Of a stretch of 64,000 nt of DNA, positions 1 to 12,650 are shown piece after piece. The notes beneath the pieces are model-generated. The model had not been told where the DNA came from. It was given only the letters and a program-made list of their open reading frames with translations, and ran no database searches. The stretch spans positions 4,160,001-4,224,000 of the forward strand of contig OZ241875.1 of the NCBI GenBank assembly GCA_965203325.1, read 5' to 3'. A program made the position numbers and the translations under genes. The DNA is from a bacterium (GTDB lineage: Bacteria > UBA8248). The stretch's first letter is position 1; every line of letters begins with the position of its first letter.

Positions 1-626
1 GTCGCAATGGCCGAGGAATCCACTTCATGGTGCCTGATCGATCCTTGTGAAGTTTCCAAAGCGAAGTTCTGGGGCAATTCCTCTTTTTTCCCAGCGAGTA
101 AAATGCCGCCATCCTCCGGGAGACGGAGTTCCTTGGAGGCGATGATTCCATCCTCCCAGAGGCGGGAGAGGGTATTTCCTGTGGATGATTGGGGGTTTGC
201 GGATACTTGAAACAACCCGGTGAACAATTCCCCGTATCTGGCGTCTCGATAGGGAAGAATGTAATCGGGCAGACTGCGGCCCGCGCGCATTTCATCCAAA
301 AGCGCGGCCGTCGCCAGGGTTTCCAAAGATGAAAACCCATAGAGCGGGCAGCCCCAGCCCAGTGAAAGCCCTTTTGCGCAAGAAAGTCCCACCCGCAAGC
401 CGGTGAAAGTTCCCGGGCCGATGCTCACCCCGATGGCCCGGATCATGTCGGCGCGAAGGTTTCTTGAATTTAGAAGTCGCTTCACCTGGGGCAACAGCGT
501 CTTCGAAATCCGAACGTCACCCGAGAGAAGCGTCTCTTCCTCGGTGGTTCCCGTTGAGTAAAGAAATGAGCACTTCCCATTCGGTGTCGAAGTATCGAAA
601 GCCAGGATATAGCGGGGTTCATCCAT
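1..626 (-). CDS. tsaB: tRNA threonylcarbamoyladenosine biosynthesis protein TsaB (3' end runs off the window)
   Basis: Not in the ORF track. Manual translation from ATG at 626 gives MDEPRYILAFDTST...IGVSIGPGTFTGLRVGLSCAKGL...GFSSLETLA, matching the TsaB motifs ILAxDTS and GPGSFTGLRIG. Confidence 0.9.
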   Translation of the reverse strand, partial: MDEPRYILAFDTSTPNGKCSFLYSTGTTEEETLLSGDVRISKTLLPQVKRLLNSRNLRADMIRAIGVSIGPGTFTGLRVGLSCAKGLSLGWGCPLYGFSSLETLATAALLDEMRAGRSLPDYILPYRDARYGELFTGLFQVSANPQSSTGNTLSRLWEDGIIASKELRLPEDGGILLAGKKEELPQNFALETSQGSIRHHEVDSSAIA

Positions 627-641
627 GCAGGTCCAAGCCCC

Positions 642-1283
642 TCATGGGTTTTGAGAGAGATAAAATGAGAGATGTTCCAGCTCACTGCCCAAATCCACGT
701 TTTTCACCTTCACATGGTGTGGCGTTTGAATTTGGGTGGGCGCGAAATTCAATATGCCGGTGATGCCGGCGTTCACGAGCGCTGTCCCTACGTTTTGCGC
801 ATTTTCGCTCGGCACCGCGATGATGCCGATCTTGATCTGCTTCTCTTTCACGACCTCATGCAAATTCGACATCGGCAATACGGGAAGAGGACCGGTGCGG
901 TGAGGGGGGATTTTTTCGGGGAATTTATCGAAGACGGCGTCGATTTCAAAGCCATGAGCCAGAAAACCTTTATACGCCAATAGAGCCGAACCGAGATTTC
1001 CCGCTCCGACGAGTACGACTTTCCATGTTTGGGTCACGCCCAGGATTTTTTTAAGATTGTCCCTCAATTCCTTGATGTAATAGCCCTTCCCGCGGACGCC
1101 GAATTCACCGAAATATGCGAGGTCTTTCCTGATTTGCGCTGGCTTGAAGCCACACAGTCGCGCCAGGTCGGCGGACGCGATGAGCTCGGTTCCCTCACTT
1201 TTTATCTGGTCCAAAATGCGGGCGTAGGTGGACAATCGGTTAACAGTCGCCTCGGGGATTTTTGTTTTCGTGTTTTCCCACAT
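642..1283 (-). CDS. rex: Redox-sensing transcriptional repressor Rex
   Basis: IPEATVNRLSTY, QIRKDLAYFGEFGVRGKGY, VGAGNLGSAL and GILNFAP motifs; start moved to ATG 1283 (MWENTKTKIP). Confidence 0.95.
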   Translation of the reverse strand: MWENTKTKIPEATVNRLSTYARILDQIKSEGTELIASADLARLCGFKPAQIRKDLAYFGEFGVRGKGYYIKELRDNLKKILGVTQTWKVVLVGAGNLGSALLAYKGFLAHGFEIDAVFDKFPEKIPPHRTGPLPVLPMSNLHEVVKEKQIKIGIIAVPSENAQNVGTALVNAGITGILNFAPTQIQTPHHVKVKNVDLGSELEHLSFYLSQNP

Positions 1284-1466
1284 GGATTTAACGCGCACCC
1301 GCCATTTAGAGGTCAAACATAAGTCTCGCAATCGAGAATAGATTTTATTCGTTTTGATGAGCAGGGCAAGTGGGGGTCAGGCGGCAACATAAACGGAAGT
1401 TATTTCAACTGTTTCGCAAAATGATTTCTTTCGAGTTCGCATTCCTATAATCGACATCGAGCAATG

Positions 1467-1497
1467 CAAAAAGGGGGCCGAACGGGCCCCCTCTTCG
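1467..1497 (-). terminator. Intrinsic terminator after atpE
   Basis: Minus strand reads GAGGGGGCCC-GTTC-GGCCCCC-TTTTT: GC stem followed by a U tract. Confidence 0.75.
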
Positions 1498-1519
1498 AGT
1501 CTTGCGAGCGCTGGTTTAT

Positions 1520-1840
1520 CTAGCCGAGGATGATGATGAGGCAGATAACGAACGTATAAATGACAAGGGACTCGATCAAGGCGAGACCGATGATCATCGA
1601 CACGCGAATATCTCCGCCGGCACCCGGGTTGCGCGCCGTACCGTCCAACGCGCTGGCGATGCTCCTGCTTTGGGCGAAAGCGCCGGCTGCGGCGGCGATG
1701 GCTAGAGCGAAAGATGAGGAGATCATTCTCCATTTCAGAACTTCACCGCTTCCGGCATCACCGGCTGCGGCGGCGAAGGCATTTGTGGCCATGGCTACGA
1801 AGCTGGCTAGCGTAAATCCGATTATCCCCAAACGTTTCAT
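1520..1840 (-). CDS. atpE: ATP synthase Fo subunit c with N-terminal leader extension
   Basis: Hairpin with ARNP loop and ALIESLVIY ion-binding Glu; AGGAG RBS. Confidence 0.95.
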   Translation of the reverse strand: MKRLGIIGFTLASFVAMATNAFAAAAGDAGSGEVLKWRMISSSFALAIAAAAGAFAQSRSIASALDGTARNPGAGGDIRVSMIIGLALIESLVIYTFVICLIIILG

Positions 1841-1885
1841 CCCTTACTTCTCCTTGTGAAGTGATTCCTACATGAACCGTTATTG

Positions 1886-2608
1886 TTAATGAGCGTGGGC
1901 GGCCTCATGGCCATGCTCTTCGTCGTGGTCGTGTCCTTCAAGCGACCCGGCGATATATATCATGGTCAAGAGGGTGAAAACAAAGGCTTGAATGAAACTT
2001 CCGAAAATTATAAACATCTGCATCGCCCATGGAACGGGCAGGAAAATCTGCAGGCACAGCAGCATCAAAACGCCGAGCACCAGTTCTTCGCCGGTGATGT
2101 TCCCGAAAAGGCGCAAAGAGAGTGAAAGGGGACGGCTGAGATGTGAGATGATCTCGATGGGGACCATAAGCGGAGCCAGCCACATGATAGGTCCCGTGAA
2201 ATGCTTGAGATACGCCATTCCACTTCTTTTGAATCCCACGTAATGCGTGGCGAAAAATACGGTGAGCGCGCAACCCACGTTGGTGTTCAGGTTGCTCGTC
2301 GGCGCCATGAAGCCGGGTAGTATTCCGATGACGTTGCACAGGAAAATGTAGGTTCCCAGCGTAAATACGAGGGGGAAGAAGGGTCGCCCCTCATTGCCGA
2401 GAGGGCCTTCCATGAAGGCGGAAAATCCGTCGAAAATCGCCTCGAAGAGGTTTTGTCCACCAACGGGTATCTTTTGCAGCGCTTTGGTGATGAGCAGCGA
2501 ACTCGCGATGAGGAACACCATCACCAGCCAGCTGTACACGATGTTCGGATAGGCGGACAGCCCCGGGAAGAGTTCCATGAGATATAGGTACGGGTGAAAT
2601 TTTTCCAT
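1886..2608 (-). CDS. atpB: ATP synthase Fo subunit a
   Basis: PTSNLN, IEIISHLSRPLSLSLRLFGNI, IQAFVFTLLTMIYI. Confidence 0.97.
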   Translation of the reverse strand: MEKFHPYLYLMELFPGLSAYPNIVYSWLVMVFLIASSLLITKALQKIPVGGQNLFEAIFDGFSAFMEGPLGNEGRPFFPLVFTLGTYIFLCNVIGILPGFMAPTSNLNTNVGCALTVFFATHYVGFKRSGMAYLKHFTGPIMWLAPLMVPIEIISHLSRPLSLSLRLFGNITGEELVLGVLMLLCLQIFLPVPWAMQMFIIFGSFIQAFVFTLLTMIYIAGSLEGHDHDEEHGHEAAHAH

Positions 2609-2611
2609 GTG

Positions 2612-3007
2612 CTATGCTCTTGTAGATCCTTGTATTCGCAGGGCGCTGCGAGCCCCATGAATGAAAATGGCCAACGGCGGAACGGTCAACCCTATCACCA
2701 CGCTCACGACGGGAAGCCGGAGCCAGCCTATCGCGAGCGCTACGACGCCTATGAAGGCGAAAAACCTCAAAATGTATAAAACGTGATGCCACCATTTCGG
2801 GCGGCTGATGTTTTTTTGAAAAAGGCGGGCGAAGTATACATCCATCATCCGAAAACTTCCAAGCGCGCACGCTCCGCCAATCGCCACGCCGGCGCCCGTC
2901 GAAACGTCTCTCAGAATCACGCCCGCGGCGCTCATGACCATGAGAATCAGCCAGCCGGAATTCGAGATGCTTCTGAGGATGAATGACGGCGGGTCTTGGT
3001 TTCGCAT
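2612..3007 (-). CDS. atpI: ATP synthase subunit I (4 TM)
   Basis: Hydrophobic 131 aa protein directly upstream of atpB. Confidence 0.75.
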   Translation of the reverse strand: MRNQDPPSFILRSISNSGWLILMVMSAAGVILRDVSTGAGVAIGGACALGSFRMMDVYFARLFQKNISRPKWWHHVLYILRFFAFIGVVALAIGWLRLPVVSVVIGLTVPPLAIFIHGARSALRIQGSTRA

Positions 3008-6064
<3,057 letters not shown>

Positions 6065-6095
6065 GGAACGGGAATCGGGTATGTTCCGCTGAAAC

Positions 6096-6122
6096 CCGGG
6101 CCGCGCTTTTGGCGCGGCCCGG
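6096..6122 (+). terminator. GC hairpin downstream of katG
   Basis: CCGGGCCGCGC-TTTTG-GCGCGGCCCGG. Confidence 0.5.
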
Positions 6123-6168
6123 AGTCGCACCTTGCCAAATCCACTAGCGGACGGCGCCGTTTGAGAGT

Positions 6169-6298
6169 GTAGGGGCCGCATATATGCGGCCCGGCCTTTC
6201 CGCAGCCAAACGGGTCGCATGTATGCGACCCCTACATCCCGAATACGAAATCATCGAAAACGGCGATCGATAGGGCGGACACATCGGTCCGCCCCTGC
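6169..6298. repeat. GTAG-type REP doublet (REPIN) plus an extra REP
   Basis: GTAGGGGCCGCATATATGCGGCCC ... GGGTCGCATGTATGCGACCCCTAC; arms nearly identical to those at 16210-16279. Confidence 0.85.
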
Positions 6299-6364
6299 AC
6301 ACACCTCATGTTTCGAAACGCTCCCCACGGAATGATGTGGTTCTCACCCTAACGCAAATGCGCC

Positions 6365-7645
6365 TCATCCCGCGGGTTGAACGACGGGGTGCGCCACGTC
6401 CTCTTTTCTGATCGGTTTTATTCTCGAAGGGTAGGCGAGGACGAACAGCAGCGAGGCGACGCCGGTCAGGAAACTGAGCAGGATGGAGAGCGTGTAGTCG
6501 CCCGTCATGTCGTGCAGCAGCCCGCCCAGGAATCCGCCCGTGGCCATGCCCGAACTCGCGCCTGAAATGAAGGCCCCGTACAGAATGCCCACTCTCCTGG
6601 TGCCGTAATATTCGCGGGTGACCATCGGGTACATCGTCCCGTGTCCTCCCATGCCGGTGCCGACCATGAGGGCGACGGCGTAAAACACATAAATGGAATC
6701 GGACCACCAGAGCAGGGGAACGGGTATCGTCTGCGTCAACAGCGTGGTGAACAGCGCCCATTTCGACCCGATGCGGTCCGCCAGAACGCCCAGACTGATT
6801 CGGCCGATGAGCGTCCCCAGGCCCATGACGCCCACGAGGCCCGCCGCCTGTATGTGGGGAATACCCGCCTCGATCGCGATGGGCACCAGGTGAACGATGA
6901 GCACCGAGTGGCATATGCAGTCGGTGGCGTGGCTCGAAATGATCATCCAGAACGGCCTGCGCTTGAGAATTTCCCGCATCCCCAGGGAGGCTTCGGGAAG
7001 AATCGGGGCGGTATCTTCCTGTCTGGCGGGGGAACCAGCGGACTCGCCGCCGTTAGCCTGTGGCCTTTTTTGCGGTACGAGAGACATGGCCGCGGGTATG
7101 GCGAGGACGAAGAAAATGATGCTCAGGTACAGGTAGGAGTTTCTCCATCCGTGGTTGCTGATGAAATAACCGGTGAGGGGTGCCAGGATCAGGATGCCGA
7201 GACCGGTGCCCGAGCCGGCCAGCCCGGTCGCCAGCCCCCGGTGCCTGGTCAGGTTGCGCTGGATGAAGGCCTGCACGGGCGTTGCGATGGCGGCGCGTCC
7301 CGTGCCCGCCATCACACCGGTGAACAGGAAGTAGTGCCACAGGTTCTGGATGAAAAAGGAAAGGAGCAGCGAACCGCCGGAGATCAGGATCCCGACGATC
7401 AGCACGGGCCTCGTGCCGAATTTGTCGGAAAAACCGCCCGCGATCATCGAGCAGAACGCGATCATGAACATGTTGATGGAAAACGCCGCCGAGGCCGTCG
7501 AGCGGGTCCAGTCGAATTCATCCACCAGGGGGTTCAGGAATACGCCGAAAAGAAAATTCAGGCCCGAGAAGAGCCCCAGGAGAACGAAAGCGGAGACGAT
7601 GAAAATCCAGTGTCTGGGTGAGAAGAGACGATGTAGTCGTTCCAA
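6365..7645 (-). CDS. MFS transporter (MCT/OFA-like)
   Basis: About 12 hydrophobic segments; motif A in both halves (GGFSDKFGTR, GVLADRIGSK). Confidence 0.9.
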   Translation of the reverse strand: MERLHRLFSPRHWIFIVSAFVLLGLFSGLNFLFGVFLNPLVDEFDWTRSTASAAFSINMFMIAFCSMIAGGFSDKFGTRPVLIVGILISGGSLLLSFFIQNLWHYFLFTGVMAGTGRAAIATPVQAFIQRNLTRHRGLATGLAGSGTGLGILILAPLTGYFISNHGWRNSYLYLSIIFFVLAIPAAMSLVPQKRPQANGGESAGSPARQEDTAPILPEASLGMREILKRRPFWMIISSHATDCICHSVLIVHLVPIAIEAGIPHIQAAGLVGVMGLGTLIGRISLGVLADRIGSKWALFTTLLTQTIPVPLLWWSDSIYVFYAVALMVGTGMGGHGTMYPMVTREYYGTRRVGILYGAFISGASSGMATGGFLGGLLHDMTGDYTLSILLSFLTGVASLLFVLAYPSRIKPIRKEDVAHPVVQPAG

Positions 7646-7860
7646 ATGCGTTTTCCCAAAAACGGCCGTAAGGTTTGATAAAGGGCTGCGTAGAAGCCAT
7701 CCTAGAAGATGCAGCGCACGCCCGCAAGCGGGATGGGCGGTCCTCCTTGTTTTCCATGTCCCCCGGTTGCCCTTTATGCCCCCTATCGTGTAAGCAGTTC
7801 TCTTTGCGCCCCTTGGGATCAGGTTTCAGGGTGCTGCATGGTGCGAAAGAAAAAGGCGCG

Positions 7861-9276
7861 ATGATGGCGAAGCGAGTTGCGAAGTCTCCGAAGACGAAGT
7901 CCATGAAACCCTGGGGCGGCAGGTTCCGGGGCGGGACGGATGCGCGCGTAGAGGCTTTCACCGAGAGCGTCTCGTTCGATTATCGCCTGGCGCCCTACGA
8001 TGTCCTCGCGTCCATCGCCCACGCGGAGATGCTCGGAGCGCAGGGAATTATTGCGAAAAAAGACGCCCGCGCCGTCGTCAGGGGCCTTAAGGCCATCTTG
8101 AGAGAGGTGGAGTCCGGTAAATTCGAGTTCCGGGCCGAACTCGAAGACGTGCACATGAACGTCGAGGCGGCGCTCACGGAGCGAATCGGCGCCGCCGGCG
8201 GCAGGCTGCATACCGCGCGGAGCCGGAACGATCAGGTGGCCACTTCGCTCAGGCTGTGGCTCAGAGACCGGGTCGACGAGACGCAGGAAGCGCTTCTCGC
8301 GCTCAGGCGCGCCCTGCTCGCGCAGGCGGAGGCGCACGACAATACCGTGATGCCCGGCTACACGCACTTACAGCGCGCACAGCCCGTATCGCTCGCGCAT
8401 CATCTGCTCGCGTATTCCCAGATGCTCAGGCGCGACGGGGAGCGGTTCGCGGAAGTGCGCGCACGGGTGAACGTATTGCCGCTGGGTGCGGGCGCGCTGG
8501 CGGGGACGAGCCATCCCATCGACAGGAAAATGGTGGCGAAAAAGCTCGGGTTCGCCTCGATTGCGGAGAACAGCATGGACGCGGTGAGCGACAGGGATTT
8601 CGCGCTGGAATTCGCATCCGCCGCCGCCATCGCGATGATGCATTTAAGCCGCCTGGGGGAGGAGATCATCCTCTGGGCGAGCGGGGAGTTCGGTTTCGTC
8701 GAGCTTGCGGATTCGTTCGCGACGGGAAGCTCTCTGATGCCGCAGAAGAAAAACCCCGACGTGGCCGAGATCGTCCGGGGCAAGAGCGGGCGCGTTTTCG
8801 GGGATTTGATGGCCCTGCTCACCTTGATGAAGGGGCTTCCGCTCACCTATAACCGGGACTTGCAGGAGGACAAGGAATCGGTGTTCGACGCCGCCGATAC
8901 CCTGCTGGCCTCTTTGGGGGTCATGGCGCCCATGGTCGGATCCATGCGGTTCAGGCCCGAGGCGATGGCCAAAGCCGCAGAGGGCGGGTACATGACGGCG
9001 ACGGACCTGGCGGACGTCATGGTGCGGCGGGGGGTTCCCTTCAGAGAGGCGCACGAGGCGGCGGGGCGCGCCGTGAGAATCGCCCTCGAGAAGGGAGTGG
9101 CCCTCGGCGAATTGAGCGCCGGGGACTTGAAGGAAGCTGACACCAGGCTCGAAGCGGGTGATCTGGCGGAAACGGATTTGGGGAAATCACTGCGCTCGAG
9201 GAGCAGCGCGGGCGGAACTTCCAAGAGAAGTGTGCGGGCCCAGATTCGGGCCGAGAAAAAACGGTTGGGAATATAG
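7861..9276 (+). CDS. argH: Argininosuccinate lyase
   Basis: WGGRF, LHTARSRNDQV, MPGYTHLQRAQP, GSSLMPQKKNPD; start moved to ATG 7861/7864. Confidence 0.97.
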   Translation: MMAKRVAKSPKTKSMKPWGGRFRGGTDARVEAFTESVSFDYRLAPYDVLASIAHAEMLGAQGIIAKKDARAVVRGLKAILREVESGKFEFRAELEDVHMNVEAALTERIGAAGGRLHTARSRNDQVATSLRLWLRDRVDETQEALLALRRALLAQAEAHDNTVMPGYTHLQRAQPVSLAHHLLAYSQMLRRDGERFAEVRARVNVLPLGAGALAGTSHPIDRKMVAKKLGFASIAENSMDAVSDRDFALEFASAAAIAMMHLSRLGEEIILWASGEFGFVELADSFATGSSLMPQKKNPDVAEIVRGKSGRVFGDLMALLTLMKGLPLTYNRDLQEDKESVFDAADTLLASLGVMAPMVGSMRFRPEAMAKAAEGGYMTATDLADVMVRRGVPFREAHEAAGRAVRIALEKGVALGELSAGDLKEADTRLEAGDLAETDLGKSLRSRSSAGGTSKRSVRAQIRAEKKRLGI

Positions 9277-9277
9277 G

Positions 9278-9397
9278 ATGATGAAGAGAACTATACTGGC
9301 GGGCGTCCTGATGGTCGCGATTGCCTCCATGGCTGCGGGTTGCGGCGTCAAGGGACCGCCGAAACCTCCCAAGAGTCCGGTCGCTAAGAGTTTATAA
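9278..9397 (+). CDS. lptM: Small lipoprotein, LptM/YifL (LppL) family
   Basis: MMKRTILAGVLMVAIASMAAGCGVKGPPKPP: lipobox followed by CGxKGP; conserved position upstream of lysA-dapF. Confidence 0.8.
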   Translation: MMKRTILAGVLMVAIASMAAGCGVKGPPKPPKSPVAKSL

Positions 9398-9437
9398 GAA
9401 CTCAGGCTCAGCGGGACTCGGAAAGAGAGCTTTCAGA

Positions 9438-10715
9438 ATGCACCATTTCGAGTACAAAGACGGCGAGTTGTGCGCCGAAGACGTATCCTTGACGCGGCTG
9501 GCGGAGGAGGTGGGAACGCCTTTTTACGTCTACAGCCACGAGACGCTGACGAGGCATTTCCGCGTTTTCAGCGAGGCGTTCGCATCCGTCCCGCACCTCA
9601 TCTGCTTCGCCATGAAGAGCAACTCGAACCTGGCGATTCTCCGTCTTTTCGGCGCGATGGGCGGTGGGCTGGACATCGTTTCGGGCGGCGAGTTGTTCCG
9701 CGCGGCCAAGGCCGGGATGCCGTACGATCGCATCGTGTTCGCGGGCGTCGGCAAGTCGGACGATGAGATCGCCTATGCGCTCGATAAGGGCGTGTTGCTC
9801 TTCAACGTGGAAAGCGAAGAGGAGTTGGTGAACATCGGCGCGGTGGCGAGCCGGGTGGGCAAACAGGCGCAGGTCGCGATCCGGGTGAACCCCGACGTCG
9901 ACCCCCAGACGCACCCCTATATCACCACCGGCCTCAAGAAGAGCAAGTTCGGCATCGACATCAACCGGGCGCGGGAGCAGTACCGGACGGCGTCGAATCT
10001 CGAGGGCGTCGAACCCACGGGTGTGCACTGCCATATCGGGAGCCAGATCACTTCGAGCAGCCCGTTCGCCGATTCGGTGGAAATCGTGGCGCGCCTGGTG
10101 GGCGAGTTGCGCGGTGACGGGCACGACATTCGGTATCTGAACCTGGGCGGCGGCCTCGGCATCACCTATCACGATGAGGCGCCGCCGCTGCCGAAAGACT
10201 ATGCGGCGGCCATTTTGCCGAAGCTCCGGGATCTGGGATGCACGCTCATTTTCGAGCCGGGCCGCGTCATCACGGGCAACGCGGGGATCCTCGTCACGCG
10301 CGTGCTGTACGGGAAGGAAAATCCCGAAAAACGCTTCGTGATCATCGACGCCGGCATGAACGATCTCATCCGCCCTAGCCTCTACCAGGCCTTTCAGGAC
10401 GTGTGGCCGGTGGAGGAGGCGGCGCGGGAGAGGCCGAGGCATGTTACGGACTTGGTGGGCCCGGTATGCGAGAGCGGGGACTATCTGGCCAAGGACCGCG
10501 ATTTGCCCGAGCTTTACCGCGACGATCTGGTGGCCGTCATGAGTTCGGGCGCGTACGGCTTCACCATGGCGTCGAACTACAACTCGCGCCCCAGACCCCC
10601 TGAGATTCTTGTGCGCGGGGAGGAGTATCATATAATCAGGGAGCGCGAGACGTATGACGACCTCGTTCGCGGCGAGCACATTCCGGGGTTTATCGAAGAG
10701 AGGCGGATTCCGTGA
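9438..10715 (+). CDS. lysA: Diaminopimelate decarboxylase
   Basis: FAMKSN (PLP Lys), HCHIGSQI, EPGR, GPVCESGD, MASNYNSRPR. Confidence 0.97.
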   Translation: MHHFEYKDGELCAEDVSLTRLAEEVGTPFYVYSHETLTRHFRVFSEAFASVPHLICFAMKSNSNLAILRLFGAMGGGLDIVSGGELFRAAKAGMPYDRIVFAGVGKSDDEIAYALDKGVLLFNVESEEELVNIGAVASRVGKQAQVAIRVNPDVDPQTHPYITTGLKKSKFGIDINRAREQYRTASNLEGVEPTGVHCHIGSQITSSSPFADSVEIVARLVGELRGDGHDIRYLNLGGGLGITYHDEAPPLPKDYAAAILPKLRDLGCTLIFEPGRVITGNAGILVTRVLYGKENPEKRFVIIDAGMNDLIRPSLYQAFQDVWPVEEAARERPRHVTDLVGPVCESGDYLAKDRDLPELYRDDLVAVMSSGAYGFTMASNYNSRPRPPEILVRGEEYHIIRERETYDDLVRGEHIPGFIEERRIP

Positions 10716-11536
10716 GCAAAATCGCATTCACCAAGTTCAGCGGAAGCGGCAACGACTTCATATTCATCGACAACAGGAACCTGGAGCACCGGGCCGACGA
10801 GATGATCGATTTCGTCCAGCGGGTTTGCCGCAGAGGCCAGTCCGTCGGCGCGGACGGGCTGATGTTCATCGAACCGAGCGAGCGGGCCGATTTCAAGTGG
10901 CGGTTCTTCAACGCCGACGGCTCTGAGGGCGAGATGTGCGGGAACGGCGGGCGCTGCGCCGCGCGCTTTGCGAGAGAACTGGGAATCGCCGCGGATGCGG
11001 TGTCGTTCGAGACCATCGCGGGTGTCATCGACGCGACGATGAACGGCTCATCTGTGAAGCTGCGGATGACCCAGCCCTTTGATTACCGCGCGGGTATTGA
11101 ACTCGATATCAACGGAAGGAGAGTGGTGGTCGATCACATGAATACCGGCGTCCCCCACGCGGTGGAATTCACCGACGACGTGGAGACGGTCGATATCGTG
11201 GGCGACGGCCGGGCGATCCGGACGCACGACGCCTTTGCGCCTGCGGGCGCGAACGCGAATTTCGCCCGGGTGAGCGGGGAGAATTCGGTCGTCTTGAGAA
11301 CCTACGAACGGGGCGTGGAGAACGAGACCTTGGCCTGCGGCACGGGCGCGGTGGCGACGGCGATACTCGCCGCTGCGCGCGGGTTCGTATCCTCTCCCGT
11401 GGACGTGAACGTGCGCAGCGGTGAAATACTCAAAATCTATTTCGAGGGCGCAGGCGCCGATGTGCGCGACGTCTACATGGAAGGGGAGACCAGGCTCGTC
11501 TACCAGGGAGAGATGACGGAAGAGGCATTGCTCTGA
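10712..11536 (+). CDS. dapF: Diaminopimelate epimerase
   Basis: GSGNDF, EMCGNGGRC, ERGVENETLACGTG. Confidence 0.97.
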   Translation: MSKIAFTKFSGSGNDFIFIDNRNLEHRADEMIDFVQRVCRRGQSVGADGLMFIEPSERADFKWRFFNADGSEGEMCGNGGRCAARFARELGIAADAVSFETIAGVIDATMNGSSVKLRMTQPFDYRAGIELDINGRRVVVDHMNTGVPHAVEFTDDVETVDIVGDGRAIRTHDAFAPAGANANFARVSGENSVVLRTYERGVENETLACGTGAVATAILAAARGFVSSPVDVNVRSGEILKIYFEGAGADVRDVYMEGETRLVYQGEMTEEALL

Positions 11537-11600
11537 AGAGGGTGTGGGAAAGGCCCACATTTCAGGGGTAGAGGAGAAGCCCCTCTCGGATAGAAAAGCA

Positions 11601-11710
11601 ACCCCCCCTACCCCCCCTTGTCAGGGGGGTATAAAAAGGTGATGCGCTCCCGCCGGGCTGAGGGGGTTTTGCTTTTTCTTGCCCCCCTGACAAGGGGGGG
11701 TAGGGGGGGT
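11601..11710. repeat. Inverted pair of CCCCCC-TGACAA-GGGGGG REP-like palindromes
   Basis: ACCCCCCTACCCCCCCTTGTCAGGGGGG ... CCCCCCTGACAAGGGGGGTAGGGGGGGT. Confidence 0.75.
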
Positions 11711-11733
11711 GCCTCTTTGAATCGGAGGCTGCG

Positions 11734-11892
11734 TTATCCTTCTCCCCCGAATGGGACCGCGCTCAGGAAATCATCCCGCCAGAGTGCTCTCAGGAGAACG
11801 CACACCATTCCCGATGCGATGAGGATGGCGCCTATAAGGGTGAAATCGAGTAAATCGTAACCGGCGTAAATCTCATACATCAAAATCCACAT
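11734..11892 (-). CDS. Small single-TM membrane protein (52 aa)
   Basis: Below the ORF-track cutoff: GGAG RBS then MWILMYEIYAGYDLLDFTLIGAILIASGMVCVLLRALWRDDFLSAVPFGGEG. Confidence 0.5.
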   Translation of the reverse strand: MWILMYEIYAGYDLLDFTLIGAILIASGMVCVLLRALWRDDFLSAVPFGGEG

Positions 11893-11919
11893 GGCGGCTC
11901 CAAGCGATGGGCCCGGAGA

Positions 11920-11951
11920 CCCGGGGCATGGTTTTCACGCCATGCCCCGGG
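11920..11951 (-). terminator. Hairpin downstream of the Spy/CpxP-like gene
   Basis: CCCGGGGCATGG-TTTTCACG-CCATGCCCCGGG. Confidence 0.5.
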
Positions 11952-11963
11952 GCGTCGGGATGT

Positions 11964-12587
11964 CTAGTAAGTCTGGGGTTGGTTCCCGGAAGCCGGGCCC
12001 TTGAACATCTGTTCATGGAATTTGGGACCCCGGCCGTGACGCTTCCGAGACCGGGCGATTTTCGAGAGCTGCTTCTGCTGGTCGTCGTTCAGGACGGCTT
12101 TCCCCTCCTGAATCGCCTTGAGGCGCGCAATCCGCAAGTCCACCCGCATTTTCGATATCTCGCGTATTTTCTTCTCCACGTCGGCGAGGTCGAGTTTCTC
12201 CGCGTCGAGCGCGCGCCTGAGGTCGATTCCGCGGGCCTTCATATCGGCGCGTTCTTTCACCGCCTTCTTGGAAAACGTGTCCCGGATGTCCTTGAGGCGC
12301 TTCACCTGGTCGTCGGTGAGCTTGAGCTCTTCGTGGTTCCTGAGCGCAATGGAAACCAGCGGACGCGCCGAGAAAGGCCTCGGGCCACGCATTCCGCGGC
12401 GTCCCCGGTGGCCGGGCCAGCCGAGATGCGCTTCTTTCATCATCTTTTCGAGGATTTGCGGCATTTCGATGACTTGCGGCAATGAATGCGGGCCGTGCGG
12501 GCCCCCCTGGGCCTGGGCCGCGCCGGCGAGACCGAGGCTCAGTGCGGCGGCCAGGACGGCTGTGGTAAGGCATTTTTGACGTTTCAT
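11964..12587 (-). CDS. Spy/CpxP family periplasmic chaperone (LTXXQ)
   Basis: Signal peptide MKRQK...AAQA; LKLTDDQ and LNDDQ motifs; GAGG RBS before ATG 12587. Confidence 0.8.
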   Translation of the reverse strand: MKRQKCLTTAVLAAALSLGLAGAAQAQGGPHGPHSLPQVIEMPQILEKMMKEAHLGWPGHRGRRGMRGPRPFSARPLVSIALRNHEELKLTDDQVKRLKDIRDTFSKKAVKERADMKARGIDLRRALDAEKLDLADVEKKIREISKMRVDLRIARLKAIQEGKAVLNDDQQKQLSKIARSRKRHGRGPKFHEQMFKGPASGNQPQTY

Positions 12588-12650
12588 AATCAAATTCCTC
12601 CGGTGTGGCGTTCGTTCTTCCATTTGCGGCGGCGCTGCTTCTACTGCGTC

